DNA from: an uncultured bacterium
GTDB taxonomy: Bacteria > Desulfobacterota > DSM-4660 > Desulfatiglandales > JALVMZ01
Direction of reading: 5' to 3'
Assembly (NCBI GenBank): GCA_965613025.1
Contig: CBFDUE010000003.1
Span: 3,363-67,362, forward strand
Length of the DNA: 64,000 bases
The translations under genes were made by a program, and so were the position numbers. Positions within the stretch are counted from its first letter, which is position 1; every line of letters starts with the position of its first letter. The notes below the pieces were generated by a model. That model had not been told where the DNA came from and searched no databases. It worked only from the letters and a program-made list of their open reading frames with translations. Of the stretch, positions 48,103 to 58,785 are shown one piece after another.

Positions 48103-48627
48103 ATGAGGGTGTTGGTTCTGGGAATAGGAAATATCCTCTTTAGAGATGAAGGAGTGGGAGTTAGGGTTGTAGAAAGGCTCCTTCAGGAATATGAATTTCC
48201 TGAAGATGTAATGATACTTGATGGAGGGGTTTTGGGTCTGAGCCTGCTATCCTATATGGCAGATGCAGAATATATGATTGTCATAGATGCCATAAAGAGG
48301 GGTGGAAGACCCGGAACCCTTTATAGATTAAAGGAAGAGGATCTTCCAAAGAGGATAAGGGTTAAAGAGTCTCTTCATGAGGTGGATTTCTTAGAGGCAA
48401 TGGCATCCCTTCATCTCTTAGATAGAGTACCTGAGACGGTTATTCTGGGAGTTGAGCCAGAAGATATACATACTGTGAGTCTGGAGCTTTCTCCTGTTGT
48501 GGAGCGTAAGGTGGAGCAGCTTGTGGGAATGGTCTTAGAGGAGCTTAATAGAGTCGATATCTCTTATAAAAAGAGGACTGATAATGTGTCTTGCAATTCC
48601 AGCGAAGGTCTTAGATATACAGGATGA
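48103..48627 (+). CDS. hydrogenase maturation endopeptidase (HyaD/HybD family)
   Basis: VLGIGNILFRDEGVGV, DAI and H-containing motifs. Directly downstream of the large subunit. Confidence 0.85.
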   Translation: MRVLVLGIGNILFRDEGVGVRVVERLLQEYEFPEDVMILDGGVLGLSLLSYMADAEYMIVIDAIKRGGRPGTLYRLKEEDLPKRIRVKESLHEVDFLEAMASLHLLDRVPETVILGVEPEDIHTVSLELSPVVERKVEQLVGMVLEELNRVDISYKKRTDNVSCNSSEGLRYTG

Positions 48628-48823
48628 GATTGCCACTGTGGATATGGGAGGGCTAAAGAGGCAGGTAAGCCTACTTCTTCAGCCAGATGTCCAGATTGGT
48701 GATTATGTAATTGTGCATGCAGGTTTTGTTATCAATCGCCTTGATCAGGAGGCAGCACAAGAGACCTTAAAGGTTTTAAAGGAGATGGCATCAATTAGTG
48801 AAAAAAATTACAATTTAGATTGA
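48584..48823 (+). CDS. hypC: hydrogenase assembly chaperone HypC/HupF family
   Basis: Starts MCLAIPAKV, the invariant N-terminal Cys2 motif. 79 aa. Confidence 0.85.
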   Translation: MCLAIPAKVLDIQDEIATVDMGGLKRQVSLLLQPDVQIGDYVIVHAGFVINRLDQEAAQETLKVLKEMASISEKNYNLD

Positions 48824-48886
48824 CATTGAAAGGAATATTTATTAATTAAAAACGGAGCTTACTACAAGATAGGAGGTGGAAGAGGA

Positions 48887-49297
48887 ATGGTAAAGAGATT
48901 ATTTAGCTATTTTATAGTATTGGCTATGGTATTGGGTGTGGTAGGTATCCTGATGGCAGTGGATGTGCCTACCGAGATAATGATTGATAATAAGGTCTAT
49001 AAGACCGATAAGAAAGGGCCTGTGAAATTAACCCATCAAAAACATATAAAAGACTATAATGTATCATGCACAGAATGTCATCATGTTTACAAAAACGGTA
49101 AGAACGTCTGGAAAGAGGGAGACCCTGTCCATAAGTGTAAGGAATGCCATGATCCCGCCAAGAAGAAAGGAAAGGTTCGCAAACTAAAGAATGCATATCA
49201 TAAGAACTGCAAATCCTGTCATAAAAAGATGATTGCTAAAGGTAAAAAGGCACCATTTAAGAAATGCAATCAATGCCATCAGAAAAAGAAGAAGTAA
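48887..49297 (+). CDS. tetraheme cytochrome c3 (class III)
   Basis: Signal/anchor segment plus four CxxCH motifs (CTECH, CKECH, CKSCH, CNQCH) in a lysine-rich ~110-aa mature part. Confidence 0.85.
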   Translation: MVKRLFSYFIVLAMVLGVVGILMAVDVPTEIMIDNKVYKTDKKGPVKLTHQKHIKDYNVSCTECHHVYKNGKNVWKEGDPVHKCKECHDPAKKKGKVRKLKNAYHKNCKSCHKKMIAKGKKAPFKKCNQCHQKKKK

Positions 49298-49321
49298 TTC
49301 AGATCTAATTCTTTATAAACT

Positions 49322-49357
49322 AAAACGAGGGAGAATAATATTTCTCCCTCGTTTTTT
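49322..49357 (+). terminator. rho-independent terminator after cytochrome c3
   Basis: 11-bp stem ACGAGGGAGAA / TTCTCCCTCGT with a 6-nt loop, followed by TTTTTT. Confidence 0.7.
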
Positions 49358-49365
49358 ATTTTTAT

Positions 49366-49406
49366 AAAAATGCCGCTAACTTTATTTACAAAAGTAGCGG
49401 CATTTT
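49366..49406. terminator. second hairpin; likely terminator for the convergent ferredoxin gene (bidirectional)
   Basis: 12-bp stem AAAATGCCGCTA / TAGCGGCATTTT, with A/T runs on both sides. Confidence 0.55.
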
Positions 49407-49453
49407 AATTTTAGAAGTTGAGATATTATTCCCTGTAGGTAGGTCTGCTTCCC

Positions 49454-49642
49454 TTAGATCTCAGTTACTGTAATTGCCTCTTGATCGCATACTTCAACAC
49501 AGCTTTCACATCCCAAGCACTCTTCCGCATTTACCGGAACAGACTTTCCATCCTGTATCTCATAAACATCTACAGGACAGACCTCCACACATTCCTCACA
49601 TCCTTCACACTTTTCTGGATCAACTACTACTTCGTATGCCAT
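49454..49642 (-). CDS. 2x[4Fe-4S] ferredoxin
   Basis: CEGCEECVEVCP and CLGCESCVEVC motifs. I preferred the ATG at 49642, which follows a GAAGGAGG RBS, over the track start at 49687. Confidence 0.85.
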   Translation of the reverse strand: MAYEVVVDPEKCEGCEECVEVCPVDVYEIQDGKSVPVNAEECLGCESCVEVCDQEAITVTEI

Positions 49643-49746
49643 ATTTAATCCTCCTTCTTTAATTTTTAAATTAGATAATTTTACCAAACGGATGGGTTAT
49701 GTAACAAAGGAAAAAGACCCTGTCAAGCCTTTTTAAACCTTAAAAT

Positions 49747-50913
49747 CTAATACGTCCCAAGCTCCACCTCTTCTTTCACAGATACAGCCACCTTATATAA
49801 TACACTTAATACAAAGAACCCTGTTGCCCACACCCCAATAGTAATCATCACCTCTGGCTTTGTTGGCCAATAATCGGTAATCCTTTCAAATGGATTGGGT
49901 GTAAATCCCCCAATTAACAATCCTAATCCTTTATCTATCCACGTAGCTATAATTACCGCTGCACATCCAATAGCCATTGTAGATTCATTTCTACGGGTAT
50001 ATGGCACAATTAAAAGGACCAGCGCTACTAAGGCAAAAAATGCCGCTGTCCACATCCAAGGAACAAGTCTTGTGTGGCCTTCAAGACCCATAAATAGGAA
50101 GATATATGGATGTTTATGTCCAGGTATCTGGCTATAAAATGTGGTAAAGAGCTCAAGCAGGAAGAAAAACACATTTATTATCATGGCATAGGTGATAATG
50201 CCTGCCAAGGTTCTAAGCTGCTCCTTTCCAGGATCAAAACGGCTTACCTTTCTAACTATTAGACATAACAGTAGCAATATGGCAGGCCCGGAGCAAAAGG
50301 CTGAGGACAGAAACCTGGCTGCCATAATCGCAGTCAGCCAGAAATGCCTTCCAGGAAGTCCTGCGTATAAGAAGGCGGTGACAGTATGGATACTAAACGC
50401 CCATGGTATGGATATATAGATAAGGGGTTTAACCCATGTGGGATAGTGTATCCCCTTTCTCTCTGCACTCAATACATTCCACCCTATCAATATATTCAAC
50501 AAGAGATAGCCATTTAATACGATCATATCCCAAAAAAGGATTGAATTGGGTGTGGGATGTAATAAGACATTAAGGATCCTTGTGGGCCTTCCTAAATCCA
50601 CAAAGATAAATAAGAGACACATAACCAGTGCGGAGATAGCCAGGAATTCCCCAAGTATGGTAATTCTTCCAAAGGCCTTATAGTTATGGATATAGTAGGG
50701 AAGAACCACCATCACTCCAGATGCAGCCACTCCCACTAAGTAGGTAAATTGTGCAATGTAGAGACCCCAGGAGACATCCCTGCTAAGACCCGTAATCCTC
50801 AATCCCTCAAAGAACTGATAGAGATAACAGGCAAATCCTCCTGCCATTAATATTAAAAGAAATATCACCCAACTCCAATACCTCTGATCTCCTCTTAATG
50901 CTTTCTCTAACAT
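49747..50913 (-). CDS. dsrP: DsrP (NrfD/PsrC-family integral membrane quinone-interacting subunit)
   Basis: 388 aa and about 10 TM segments. Follows the dsrO-like gene. Confidence 0.8.
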   Translation of the reverse strand: MLEKALRGDQRYWSWVIFLLILMAGGFACYLYQFFEGLRITGLSRDVSWGLYIAQFTYLVGVAASGVMVVLPYYIHNYKAFGRITILGEFLAISALVMCLLFIFVDLGRPTRILNVLLHPTPNSILFWDMIVLNGYLLLNILIGWNVLSAERKGIHYPTWVKPLIYISIPWAFSIHTVTAFLYAGLPGRHFWLTAIMAARFLSSAFCSGPAILLLLCLIVRKVSRFDPGKEQLRTLAGIITYAMIINVFFFLLELFTTFYSQIPGHKHPYIFLFMGLEGHTRLVPWMWTAAFFALVALVLLIVPYTRRNESTMAIGCAAVIIATWIDKGLGLLIGGFTPNPFERITDYWPTKPEVMITIGVWATGFFVLSVLYKVAVSVKEEVELGTY

Positions 50914-50925
50914 GACCCCCTCATC

Positions 50926-51726
50926 TTATATCATATAGAATATATTTGGACCCGTTCCAAGCTCGGGTTTTCTCCTCAAAGAAAACCTCTCATTTAAGAC
51001 AGCCCTTATCTCTGATTCACTATCTGAAATATCTCCAAATATCATGGAACCCTCTTTCATCTCATTTGCAACCTCTACACACTTAGGAATCTGGCCCTTA
51101 TCAATAAGTTCATTACAGAATGTGCATTTTTCAACCACACCCTTTGTCCTGGTAGGATACTCCATATTTGTGGGAAATCCAGGATTCAATTTTGGATCAG
51201 CCTTTCTGGGATCCCACCAGTTAAAGCTCCTCGCCCCAAATGGACATGCTGCCATACAGAATCTGCATCCAATACACCTATGCCAGTCCATCATTACAAT
51301 TCCATCTTCCCTCTTCCATGTAGCCTTTGTGGGACAGACCCTAACACATGGAGGATTTGTGCAATGATTACATAAAAGAGGGAATAACTTGGCCTTTAAT
51401 CCTTCAGGCACATATTCATGCTTCTGATCCGGGAATGCATGCTCATATTCCTCTTTCCATATCCACTTTATCTCCTCTTCACTATTGCCGATATTGGGAA
51501 CATTATGAAGCTTATGACACTCTTCAATACATCTATCCAATATCTCATCAGTTATAAGATTCATATCTACTGCAATTGCCCACTGTATTCCCCCATTTTT
51601 AGATATCTCTTCTGCCACTGCACCAATGCTTTTGGGATATATCAATTCAAAAAGGGAAGCACTACCTATAGCTGCAATAGATGAAAGCCCGATAACCTTT
51701 AAAAATCTCCTTCTATCCATCTCCAT
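50926..51726 (-). CDS. dsrO: DsrO (periplasmic 4Fe-4S ferredoxin-like subunit, Tat signal)
   Basis: MEMDRRRFLKVIG Tat signal and several Cys clusters (CNHCTNPPCVRVCP, CIGCRFCMAACP, CTFC). I used the ATG at 51726, which overlaps the dsrJ stop by 1 nt. Confidence 0.8.
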   Translation of the reverse strand: MEMDRRRFLKVIGLSSIAAIGSASLFELIYPKSIGAVAEEISKNGGIQWAIAVDMNLITDEILDRCIEECHKLHNVPNIGNSEEEIKWIWKEEYEHAFPDQKHEYVPEGLKAKLFPLLCNHCTNPPCVRVCPTKATWKREDGIVMMDWHRCIGCRFCMAACPFGARSFNWWDPRKADPKLNPGFPTNMEYPTRTKGVVEKCTFCNELIDKGQIPKCVEVANEMKEGSMIFGDISDSESEIRAVLNERFSLRRKPELGTGPNIFYMI

Positions 51727-52115
51727 TATCCATTCTCCTTTGGAGAGATATGGCATTGCCAACAATATGGGTCCACATCTGCCCAATTATGACACTTATC
51801 GCAGAATTTACTCTTATTATAGTGACAATCCATACAGGTATTTTGAAGACTCCTTTCAAATACCTTGCCACTACTTGAGATATATATTCTGTCTGTCTTT
51901 CGAACCACCTTATTTCTCCATTGATCCAGAAGCTTCATATGATTCATTCGCATAAAACTTTTACTTTCCACGCATACCTTTGCCTCTTTTGCCTTTGGAG
52001 TAAGCTCAGGCTCAGGCCCCTTTGCAGCCCATTTTCCTCCCGTTGGCCAAAAGGGCATAAGCAAAAGAATTATCCCCAAGATCAATCCTATAAATATCTT
52101 TCCTGCATCATACAT
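51726..52115 (-). CDS. dsrJ: DsrJ (triheme periplasmic cytochrome c)
   Basis: N-terminal anchor and three CxxCH motifs (CMDCH, CDKCH, CWQCH), plus an upstream conserved Cys (KVCVES). Confidence 0.8.
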   Translation of the reverse strand: MYDAGKIFIGLILGIILLLMPFWPTGGKWAAKGPEPELTPKAKEAKVCVESKSFMRMNHMKLLDQWRNKVVRKTDRIYISSSGKVFERSLQNTCMDCHYNKSKFCDKCHNWADVDPYCWQCHISPKENG

Positions 52116-53745
52116 CCTCTACTTCCTCCTCCATACCTGGAAGGGGTTCTCCCCTCAGATTTGTGGTTCGTTTCTTCTCTCCTTTTAGGATCAAAGCATT
52201 TGCAACTAACTCGTGGACACCGGTGACCCTGACTTCAGGAACCCAATATTCCATAAGGGCTGGAAAAACTGCTCTATCAATGGCACAGATACATGCAAGC
52301 ATATTAACTCCATGCCTTTCATGCACATACTTAACAGCATTAGCTCGCGGCAATCCCCCTCTCATCCTGAGTTCCATATTCTCACCCGCATTTAGTCCAG
52401 CCCCACTTCCACAGCAGAATGTCTGCTCCCTTATGGTATTTTCTGGCATCTCATAGAAGTTATTACATACACTCTTTATCACATATCTCGGCTCTTCAAA
52501 CATTCCCATACCACGTGCCACATTGCAGGAGTCATGAAATGTCACAACCAGGTTATCGTTTCTACTGGGATCCAGATTTAGCTTTCCATGTCTGATAAGA
52601 TCAGCGGTAAACTCAATTATATGAACCATCTTGGTCGCTCTGGCATTTTCAAATTTTGTCCCTGTTATGGGAGATACAGGCTCTTCTAAGAAATCAGGTG
52701 GCCCATTCATGGTATTCATATACTGATGCACCACCCTCCACATATGCCCGCACTCTCCTCCCAAGATCCACTTTACTCCCAATCTCTTTGCCTCTGCATA
52801 CATCTTGGCATTGAGCCTCTTCATCATCTCATGTGATGTGAAAAATCCAAAATTTCCTCCTTCAGATGCATATGTGCTCCAGGTGATATCAAGTCCCATA
52901 TCTTTTAGATAATGAAACAGCATAATATATCCCATCGCAGTATATGTTCCAGGATCTGCAAACACGTCACCTGAAGGGGTAATAAATAGTATCTCAGCCC
53001 CCTTTCTGTTAAGATCAACCTCTGGTCTGATCCCTGTGATCTCTTCTATATCATCACAAAAGAAATCCAGCATATCCTTATATGCATGGGGCTGAATACC
53101 TAAGTGATTACCGGTTCTGTAACAATTAGCAACAGGTGCCTGAATCCAATCTGTATTTAATCCTAAGAGATTTAAAAGCTCTCTTCCTATAATAGTTATC
53201 TCTGCGGTATCAATTCCATATGGACAAAATAGGGAACATCTCCTGCACTCAGTACACTGAAAGAAATAGTACCACCACTCTTTAAGCACATCCACTGTGA
53301 GTTCCCTTGCACCCGCTATCTCTCCCAATATCTTCCCGGCAGTGGTATATTCCTTTCTATAGACCGATCTCAATAGCTCTGCCCTGAGCACAGGCATATT
53401 TCTAGGATCACCACTTCCAATATAGAAATGGCATTTGTCTGCACACGCTCCACACCTAACACATATATCCATAAAAACCTTAAGAGATCTAAATCTTTCA
53501 AGTCTCTCTCTGAGTCCCTCCAATATTATCTCTTTCCAATTTTCGGGCAGCTTCCAGTCCTCATCAAAAGGGGACCATTCCCTGGGATTAGGCATTCCCA
53601 CTGCCTCAAGATTCTGAGGCCTTGCCCCATAACAGGCAATTCCTTCTCTTATCTTTACCTTTTCACGCATCCATCCCTTAAAAAGGGGAACTCTATGCTC
53701 AACTTTTCCCAATTCTTCTGGTTTTGGAAGATCCGCCATGGGCAC
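52108..53745 (-). CDS. dsrK: DsrK (HdrD-like Fe-S/CCG-domain catalytic subunit)
   Basis: Two ferredoxin-like CxxCxxCxxxC motifs (CVRCGACADKC, CTECRRCSLFCP) and CCG-domain motifs (HDSCNVARG, FCCGSGAG). Confidence 0.85.
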   Translation of the reverse strand: MPMADLPKPEELGKVEHRVPLFKGWMREKVKIREGIACYGARPQNLEAVGMPNPREWSPFDEDWKLPENWKEIILEGLRERLERFRSLKVFMDICVRCGACADKCHFYIGSGDPRNMPVLRAELLRSVYRKEYTTAGKILGEIAGARELTVDVLKEWWYYFFQCTECRRCSLFCPYGIDTAEITIIGRELLNLLGLNTDWIQAPVANCYRTGNHLGIQPHAYKDMLDFFCDDIEEITGIRPEVDLNRKGAEILFITPSGDVFADPGTYTAMGYIMLFHYLKDMGLDITWSTYASEGGNFGFFTSHEMMKRLNAKMYAEAKRLGVKWILGGECGHMWRVVHQYMNTMNGPPDFLEEPVSPITGTKFENARATKMVHIIEFTADLIRHGKLNLDPSRNDNLVVTFHDSCNVARGMGMFEEPRYVIKSVCNNFYEMPENTIREQTFCCGSGAGLNAGENMELRMRGGLPRANAVKYVHERHGVNMLACICAIDRAVFPALMEYWVPEVRVTGVHELVANALILKGEKKRTTNLRGEPLPGMEEEVEDV

Positions 53746-53762
53746 ACTCCTCTAAGATTTAT

Positions 53763-54836
53763 TTAGGATTCATCCTTTTGTTCTTGCTCTTCACTCTGCT
53801 GCTCTTCAGGCATCTTTTCAACGGGGATACCTGCCTCTATCATCTTATCCCTGAATTCCTCTTCATATTCTTCATAGCTGTGGACCTTAACAGGATAGTT
53901 CCAGGGATTTATATGTCTCTTATAACGGCTGTTATTGGATAGGTTTCTTGTAGGTGAAAGGAATATCCCGGCCATATGCATGATCTTGCTGAAGGGAATA
54001 TATGCTAAAAGCACACAGACTAAGAATAGATGTATAAAGAATAATACCCCTATACCATCTGGAATGGTGGGGTGAAAGGTCACAATTCCAAGCGTAAGGG
54101 TCTTTATGTTTATGATATCCTGTTTTAGGAAATATCTCATTAAAATACCTGTAGTTGCAATCCCAAGGATTAAAAAGAGGGGGAAATAATCAGATGGTAG
54201 GGATACAAATCGAACTTGACCAATTAGAAGCCTCCTTAACAATAACAAGGTAATAGCAGCTGGAAGGACCACTCCACTTAAGAATAGAACAGGGGTTTCA
54301 AACCCGGGAAATGGAAAGATTCCCACTTCCATAAAGCTATCCAATCTCTCCAATATCTTTATAAATCCTGGCACAGGCTCCATAAAGAATCTCATATGCC
54401 TAAGCACCGTTATAAAAAAGGAATAATGAAACAGAAGGGCAAATAGCCACAGCCACTTTTCCCATTCATATCCAATCTTAGGCCCCTCTCTAAACTGCAT
54501 CTTGGTATTCCTGAAAAGAGACCTAAAACATAGGACCTCAAACAGCATCCTCCAAGCTACACCCCAATTACTCTTGGGATTGTCAATCTTACTGTATTTT
54601 ATCCATGGAAGTGTCCACTGCTGCCCGGCTGTAGTGGGAATCCTGAATGGAACAGGAGACTTGGCCCAGATAATGACTCTCCTAATAATTCCAATAAAAA
54701 AGGTCAGAATGGCAGCATAGGGAATTATGATACCAAATAGAACCTTAAGATTAAATGCCCCAACCCCAATCCACGGGATAAGAACCAAGATTATAACCGC
54801 AACCAATGAAATAACAATACTTGCGATGAAGTTCAT
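53763..54836 (-). CDS. dsrM: DsrM (NarI-like membrane dihaem cytochrome b)
   Basis: 357 aa and multiple TM helices, with a NarI-like architecture. First gene of the M-K-J-O-P order. Confidence 0.8.
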   Translation of the reverse strand: MNFIASIVISLVAVIILVLIPWIGVGAFNLKVLFGIIIPYAAILTFFIGIIRRVIIWAKSPVPFRIPTTAGQQWTLPWIKYSKIDNPKSNWGVAWRMLFEVLCFRSLFRNTKMQFREGPKIGYEWEKWLWLFALLFHYSFFITVLRHMRFFMEPVPGFIKILERLDSFMEVGIFPFPGFETPVLFLSGVVLPAAITLLLLRRLLIGQVRFVSLPSDYFPLFLILGIATTGILMRYFLKQDIINIKTLTLGIVTFHPTIPDGIGVLFFIHLFLVCVLLAYIPFSKIMHMAGIFLSPTRNLSNNSRYKRHINPWNYPVKVHSYEEYEEEFRDKMIEAGIPVEKMPEEQQSEEQEQKDES

Positions 54837-54852
54837 CTATTCCTACCTCCAT

Positions 54853-55353
54853 TTATTGAGAAGCTCCCCACTGGGAAAGCTCACTTAAAAGCCCTTTCTT
54901 CCTTAAAAGCCCTGATACCTGATTGGCCATCTCATTGGCCCTTAATCTATAGATCGTCTCCTTTCTTTGCATATATATATCAAAGGCCATTAGTGCTGCC
55001 TCATCAATCCTCCTAAAGATCTCAGTTAAGCCACCTCCCACATACTCTTCAATAATCCCTTTTAGATCAAATATGAAAGAGATGGATTCCGAAGGTGTAA
55101 AATCCTGAACTGCCCTGATGGCGATGATATTGTCCAATGCTCCTTTTATATTATCCTTATTGAAGCCATCTATTAGCTCATTAAATAGCCTGTTTAGCTC
55201 CTTTTTAAATATATGTCTTACAGGATTTTGAAATTGATCTTTCTGGGTATTTAGAAAACGTCTTGTCTCTTCAGGATAGCTATTAAAGATCCCCTTTATC
55301 CACCTGTTTAAGATCGCATCCTTAGACCTTTTTAAGATCTCCTTTTGGGCCAT
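54853..55353 (-). CDS. RsbRD_N-like domain protein (tentative)
   Basis: 166-aa soluble protein. N-terminal pattern W..IFNSYPEE...DQFQNPV resembles the RsbRD N-terminal domain family. Sits 16 nt upstream of dsrM. Confidence 0.4.
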   Translation of the reverse strand: MAQKEILKRSKDAILNRWIKGIFNSYPEETRRFLNTQKDQFQNPVRHIFKKELNRLFNELIDGFNKDNIKGALDNIIAIRAVQDFTPSESISFIFDLKGIIEEYVGGGLTEIFRRIDEAALMAFDIYMQRKETIYRLRANEMANQVSGLLRKKGLLSELSQWGASQ

Positions 55354-55461
55354 TAGAGTAACCCTTTAAAAATATATATTATTTTGATATTGGTATGGGG
55401 ATATATTCAAAATGGAAAATGATGTCAAGCAAAAATCTCAACAATTGTAAATCTTAAACAC

Positions 55462-56223
55462 TTATCTCTCATATGAAAAAAGGGCAGCTTTAATAAATTC
55501 CCTATTAAACCTTGCGATATTGGTAATTGATATCCCTTTTGGACACTGGGCTTCACACTCCCTGTGATTACTACAGTTTCCAAAGCCAAGCTCATCCATA
55601 CGTCTTAACATATTAAGTGCCCTTCTTTCAGCCTCAACTCTTCCCTGAGGCAATAAGGCCAGGTGTGAGATCTTTGCCCCTACAAATAGCATTGAAGATG
55701 CATTGGGGCATGCAGCCACACATGCACCGCACCCTATACAGATGGCCGCATCCATGGCAAGCTCTGCATTCTTTGGAGCTACAGGTATGCTGTTTGCCTC
55801 AGGAGCCTGACCTGTATTAACAGATATATATCCACCTGCCTTAATTATTTCATCAAATGCGCTTCTATCCACTATAAGATCCTTAATAACCTTAAAAGGT
55901 CTTGCCCTGAATGGCTCTATTACAATCGTATCCCCATCTCTAAAATGTCTCATGTGTAATTGACAGAGGGTGGTATTTTTCAGCGGGCCATGTGCCACCC
56001 CATTTACCACAGCACCACAACTTCCACATATCCCTTCACGGCAGTCATGGTCAAATGCAACAGGTTCCTTTCCTTCTAAGGTGAGTTTCTCGTTTAATAG
56101 ATCCAGCATCTCTAAGAACGAGATATCAGGTGGGACATCATTTAGGGTATAGGTTTCAAAGTGCCCTTGATCATCAGGCCCTTTCTGTCTCCATATCTTC
56201 AATGTCAGATTAAGCCCTTTCAT
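55462..56223 (-). CDS. sdhB: succinate dehydrogenase / fumarate reductase iron-sulfur subunit
   Basis: [2Fe-2S] motif ([10 protein letters not shown]), plus [12 protein letters not shown] and CPKG cluster motifs. Confidence 0.9.
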   Translation of the reverse strand: MKGLNLTLKIWRQKGPDDQGHFETYTLNDVPPDISFLEMLDLLNEKLTLEGKEPVAFDHDCREGICGSCGAVVNGVAHGPLKNTTLCQLHMRHFRDGDTIVIEPFRARPFKVIKDLIVDRSAFDEIIKAGGYISVNTGQAPEANSIPVAPKNAELAMDAAICIGCGACVAACPNASSMLFVGAKISHLALLPQGRVEAERRALNMLRRMDELGFGNCSNHRECEAQCPKGISITNIARFNREFIKAALFSYER

Positions 56224-58133
56224 TTGTAACTCCTCTCGGTGAGTTCCACAAATTCAAATACAAGGGATTCTTTATGAAGCTTAGGGGGAGAGTCATCCCC
56301 CTGATATTCCCATGCAGCCACATATGCATATTCTTCATCATTCCTCTTGGGTTCTCCCTCTTCTGTCTGATATTCCTCCATAAAGTGACATCCACATGAC
56401 TCTTTCCTGTGTAATGCATCCTCTATCATAAGGAGTGAGAAATCAAAAAAGTCAGCCACCCTTATGGCCTTCTCCAAGCTCTGATTCAGATCCTCCTTTC
56501 TTCCAGGAATGAGAAGGTCATCCCAGAATCTGTCTCTCAATGCCAGGATCTCATCCCGTGCCTTTAAAAGCCCCATCTCGTTTCTGCTTATTCCACAGCT
56601 ATCCCATAGGATCTTCCCAAGTTCTCTGTGAAATTCATCCACCGTCTTATGTCCCCTGATAGACAAGAGTCTCTCTATCCTCTGATCCACCTGCCTCTTT
56701 GAATCCTCAAATGCAGGATGTGTATCATCGACATCCTCAAGCAATGTCCCTGCAAAGTATCCTCCAATGGTATAAGGAATAATAAAATATCCATCTGCAA
56801 GTCCCTGCATCAGAGCGCTTGCCCCTAATCTATTTGCACCATGATCTGAGAAATTGGCCTCTCCAAGCACAAAGAGCCCTGGAATTGTGCTCATAAGGTT
56901 ATAGTCCACCCAGAGCCCTCCCATAGTGTAATGCACTGCAGGATATATCATCATGGGAGTCTCATAGGCATTTTGCCCGGTGATCTTTTCATACATATCA
57001 AATATATTCCCATATTTTTTCTCTATTGTCTCCCTGCCGTCCCTCTCTATTGCATCACGAAAGTCTAAATATACCGCATAGCCTGTTGGACCAACTCCCC
57101 TTCCCTCATCACATACCTGTTTTATGTTACGGGAGGCCACATCCCTTGGGGTAAGATTACCATAGGTTGGGTATTTTCTTTCTAAGAAATAGTCTCTGTC
57201 CTTTTCGGGTATCTCATTGGGAGGACGCCTGTCTCCAGGACTTTTAGGAACCCATACCCTTCCATCATTTCTTAGGCTCTCACTCATTAGAGTAAGCTTT
57301 GATTGATACCTTCCATGAACAGGAATACAGGTTGGATGGATCTGGGTAAAACAGGGGTTTGCAAAGAATGCCCCCTTTTTATATGCATTCCATATGGCGC
57401 TCACATTGGAATTCATTCCATTGGTGGAAAGGAAATATACATTTCCATATCCACCAGTTGCAAGCACCACTGCATGGGCACTATGGGTTTCCAGCTCACC
57501 ACTTACAAGATTCCTTACCACCACACCCCTTGCCTTTCCTCCTACAAGCACCAGATCCATCATCTCTCTTCTGGTAAAGAGCTTTATCCTGCCTGCATTT
57601 ACCTGTCTCATCATGGCAGAATAGGCACCGAGCAATAGCTGTTGGCCAGTTTGCCCTTTTGCATAAAAGGTCCTGGATACCAAAGCTCCTCCAAAGGATC
57701 TGTTTGCAAGATACCCTCCATATTCCCTTGCAAAGGGCACTCCCTGAGCCACACACTGATCAATTATATTATTGCTTATCTGAGCGAGTCTGTAGACATT
57801 TGCCTCTCTTGCCCTAAAGTCTCCTCCCTTTATGGTGTCATAAAAGAGCCTGAAGATACTATCTCCATCCCCAGGATAGTTCTTTGCGGCATTTATTCCA
57901 CCCTGTGCGGCAATACTATGTGCCCTTCTTGGGCTGTCCTGTATGCAAAAGGTCTTCACATTATATCCAAGCTCTGCAAGAGTGGCAGAAGCAGATGCCC
58001 CCGCAAGCCCAGTTCCAACCACAATTATCTCAAATTTTCTCTTATTTGAAGGGCTTACAAGCTTTAGCTCATCCTTGTGTCTTTCCCATTTGCTCTCAAG
58101 TGGGCCTCCAGGAGTCTTTGAATCCAATACCAT
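56220..58133 (-). CDS. sdhA: succinate dehydrogenase / fumarate reductase flavoprotein subunit
   Basis: FAD dinucleotide fold ([14 protein letters not shown]), HS(I)AAQGG covalent-FAD His region and HYTMGG. I chose the ATG at 58133 after a GGTGAGGTGAG RBS; the track start at 58181 would overlap sdhC. Confidence 0.9.
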   Translation of the reverse strand: MVLDSKTPGGPLESKWERHKDELKLVSPSNKRKFEIIVVGTGLAGASASATLAELGYNVKTFCIQDSPRRAHSIAAQGGINAAKNYPGDGDSIFRLFYDTIKGGDFRAREANVYRLAQISNNIIDQCVAQGVPFAREYGGYLANRSFGGALVSRTFYAKGQTGQQLLLGAYSAMMRQVNAGRIKLFTRREMMDLVLVGGKARGVVVRNLVSGELETHSAHAVVLATGGYGNVYFLSTNGMNSNVSAIWNAYKKGAFFANPCFTQIHPTCIPVHGRYQSKLTLMSESLRNDGRVWVPKSPGDRRPPNEIPEKDRDYFLERKYPTYGNLTPRDVASRNIKQVCDEGRGVGPTGYAVYLDFRDAIERDGRETIEKKYGNIFDMYEKITGQNAYETPMMIYPAVHYTMGGLWVDYNLMSTIPGLFVLGEANFSDHGANRLGASALMQGLADGYFIIPYTIGGYFAGTLLEDVDDTHPAFEDSKRQVDQRIERLLSIRGHKTVDEFHRELGKILWDSCGISRNEMGLLKARDEILALRDRFWDDLLIPGRKEDLNQSLEKAIRVADFFDFSLLMIEDALHRKESCGCHFMEEYQTEEGEPKRNDEEYAYVAAWEYQGDDSPPKLHKESLVFEFVELTERSYK

Positions 58134-58143
58134 ATATCTCACC

Positions 58144-58785
58144 TCACCTAATAAAAAACATATATAGGGGAATTGATCCAAAACCGATTAAAAACAGGAT
58201 ACTCAATATATAAGATAAGACCCATATGGCACTCATATATTTGGGATGATTAAGGCCGAGGCTCTGAAATGCGCTCCAAAAGCCATGTCGCACATGCAAT
58301 GCCACCGCTATCATGCCAAGTATATAGAATATCACATATGGAAAAGAGGAAAACCATCTCTTAACCACATCATATAGTTCAACACGGGCTACTCCGAAAT
58401 GAAAGGTAAATAGATGAAAGATTACAAAGATAAGAAGAAATGCTCCACTGTATGGCATAAGAGCTGAGGAAAGGGTTCTTCCTCCCTCATATCTCTTCAT
58501 GCTGTATGAAACGGGGCGAGCCCTGATATTTTCCAAAAATAGGATCAGACCAAAAGATATATGCAATATGGCACATAAAAGTAATACAATCTCAATGAGA
58601 TTTATAATTATCCCAAGGGAATGAAGCCTTGAAGAGTAATTAAGCAGAGAGTCTTTCCCACCATAGATAGTCAAATTTCCAAGGAGATGCACGCACAAAA
58701 AGCTTATAAAGATAAGGCCAGTTAGGGCCATAACCATCTTCTTCCCAATTGATGACCAGACTATCCTAAGAAACCAGCCCATCAT
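58144..58785 (-). CDS. sdhC: succinate dehydrogenase / fumarate reductase cytochrome b subunit (type B, 5-TM)
   Basis: 213 aa and five hydrophobic helices with conserved His residues. Directly upstream of sdhA. Confidence 0.75.
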   Translation of the reverse strand: MMGWFLRIVWSSIGKKMVMALTGLIFISFLCVHLLGNLTIYGGKDSLLNYSSRLHSLGIIINLIEIVLLLCAILHISFGLILFLENIRARPVSYSMKRYEGGRTLSSALMPYSGAFLLIFVIFHLFTFHFGVARVELYDVVKRWFSSFPYVIFYILGMIAVALHVRHGFWSAFQSLGLNHPKYMSAIWVLSYILSILFLIGFGSIPLYMFFIR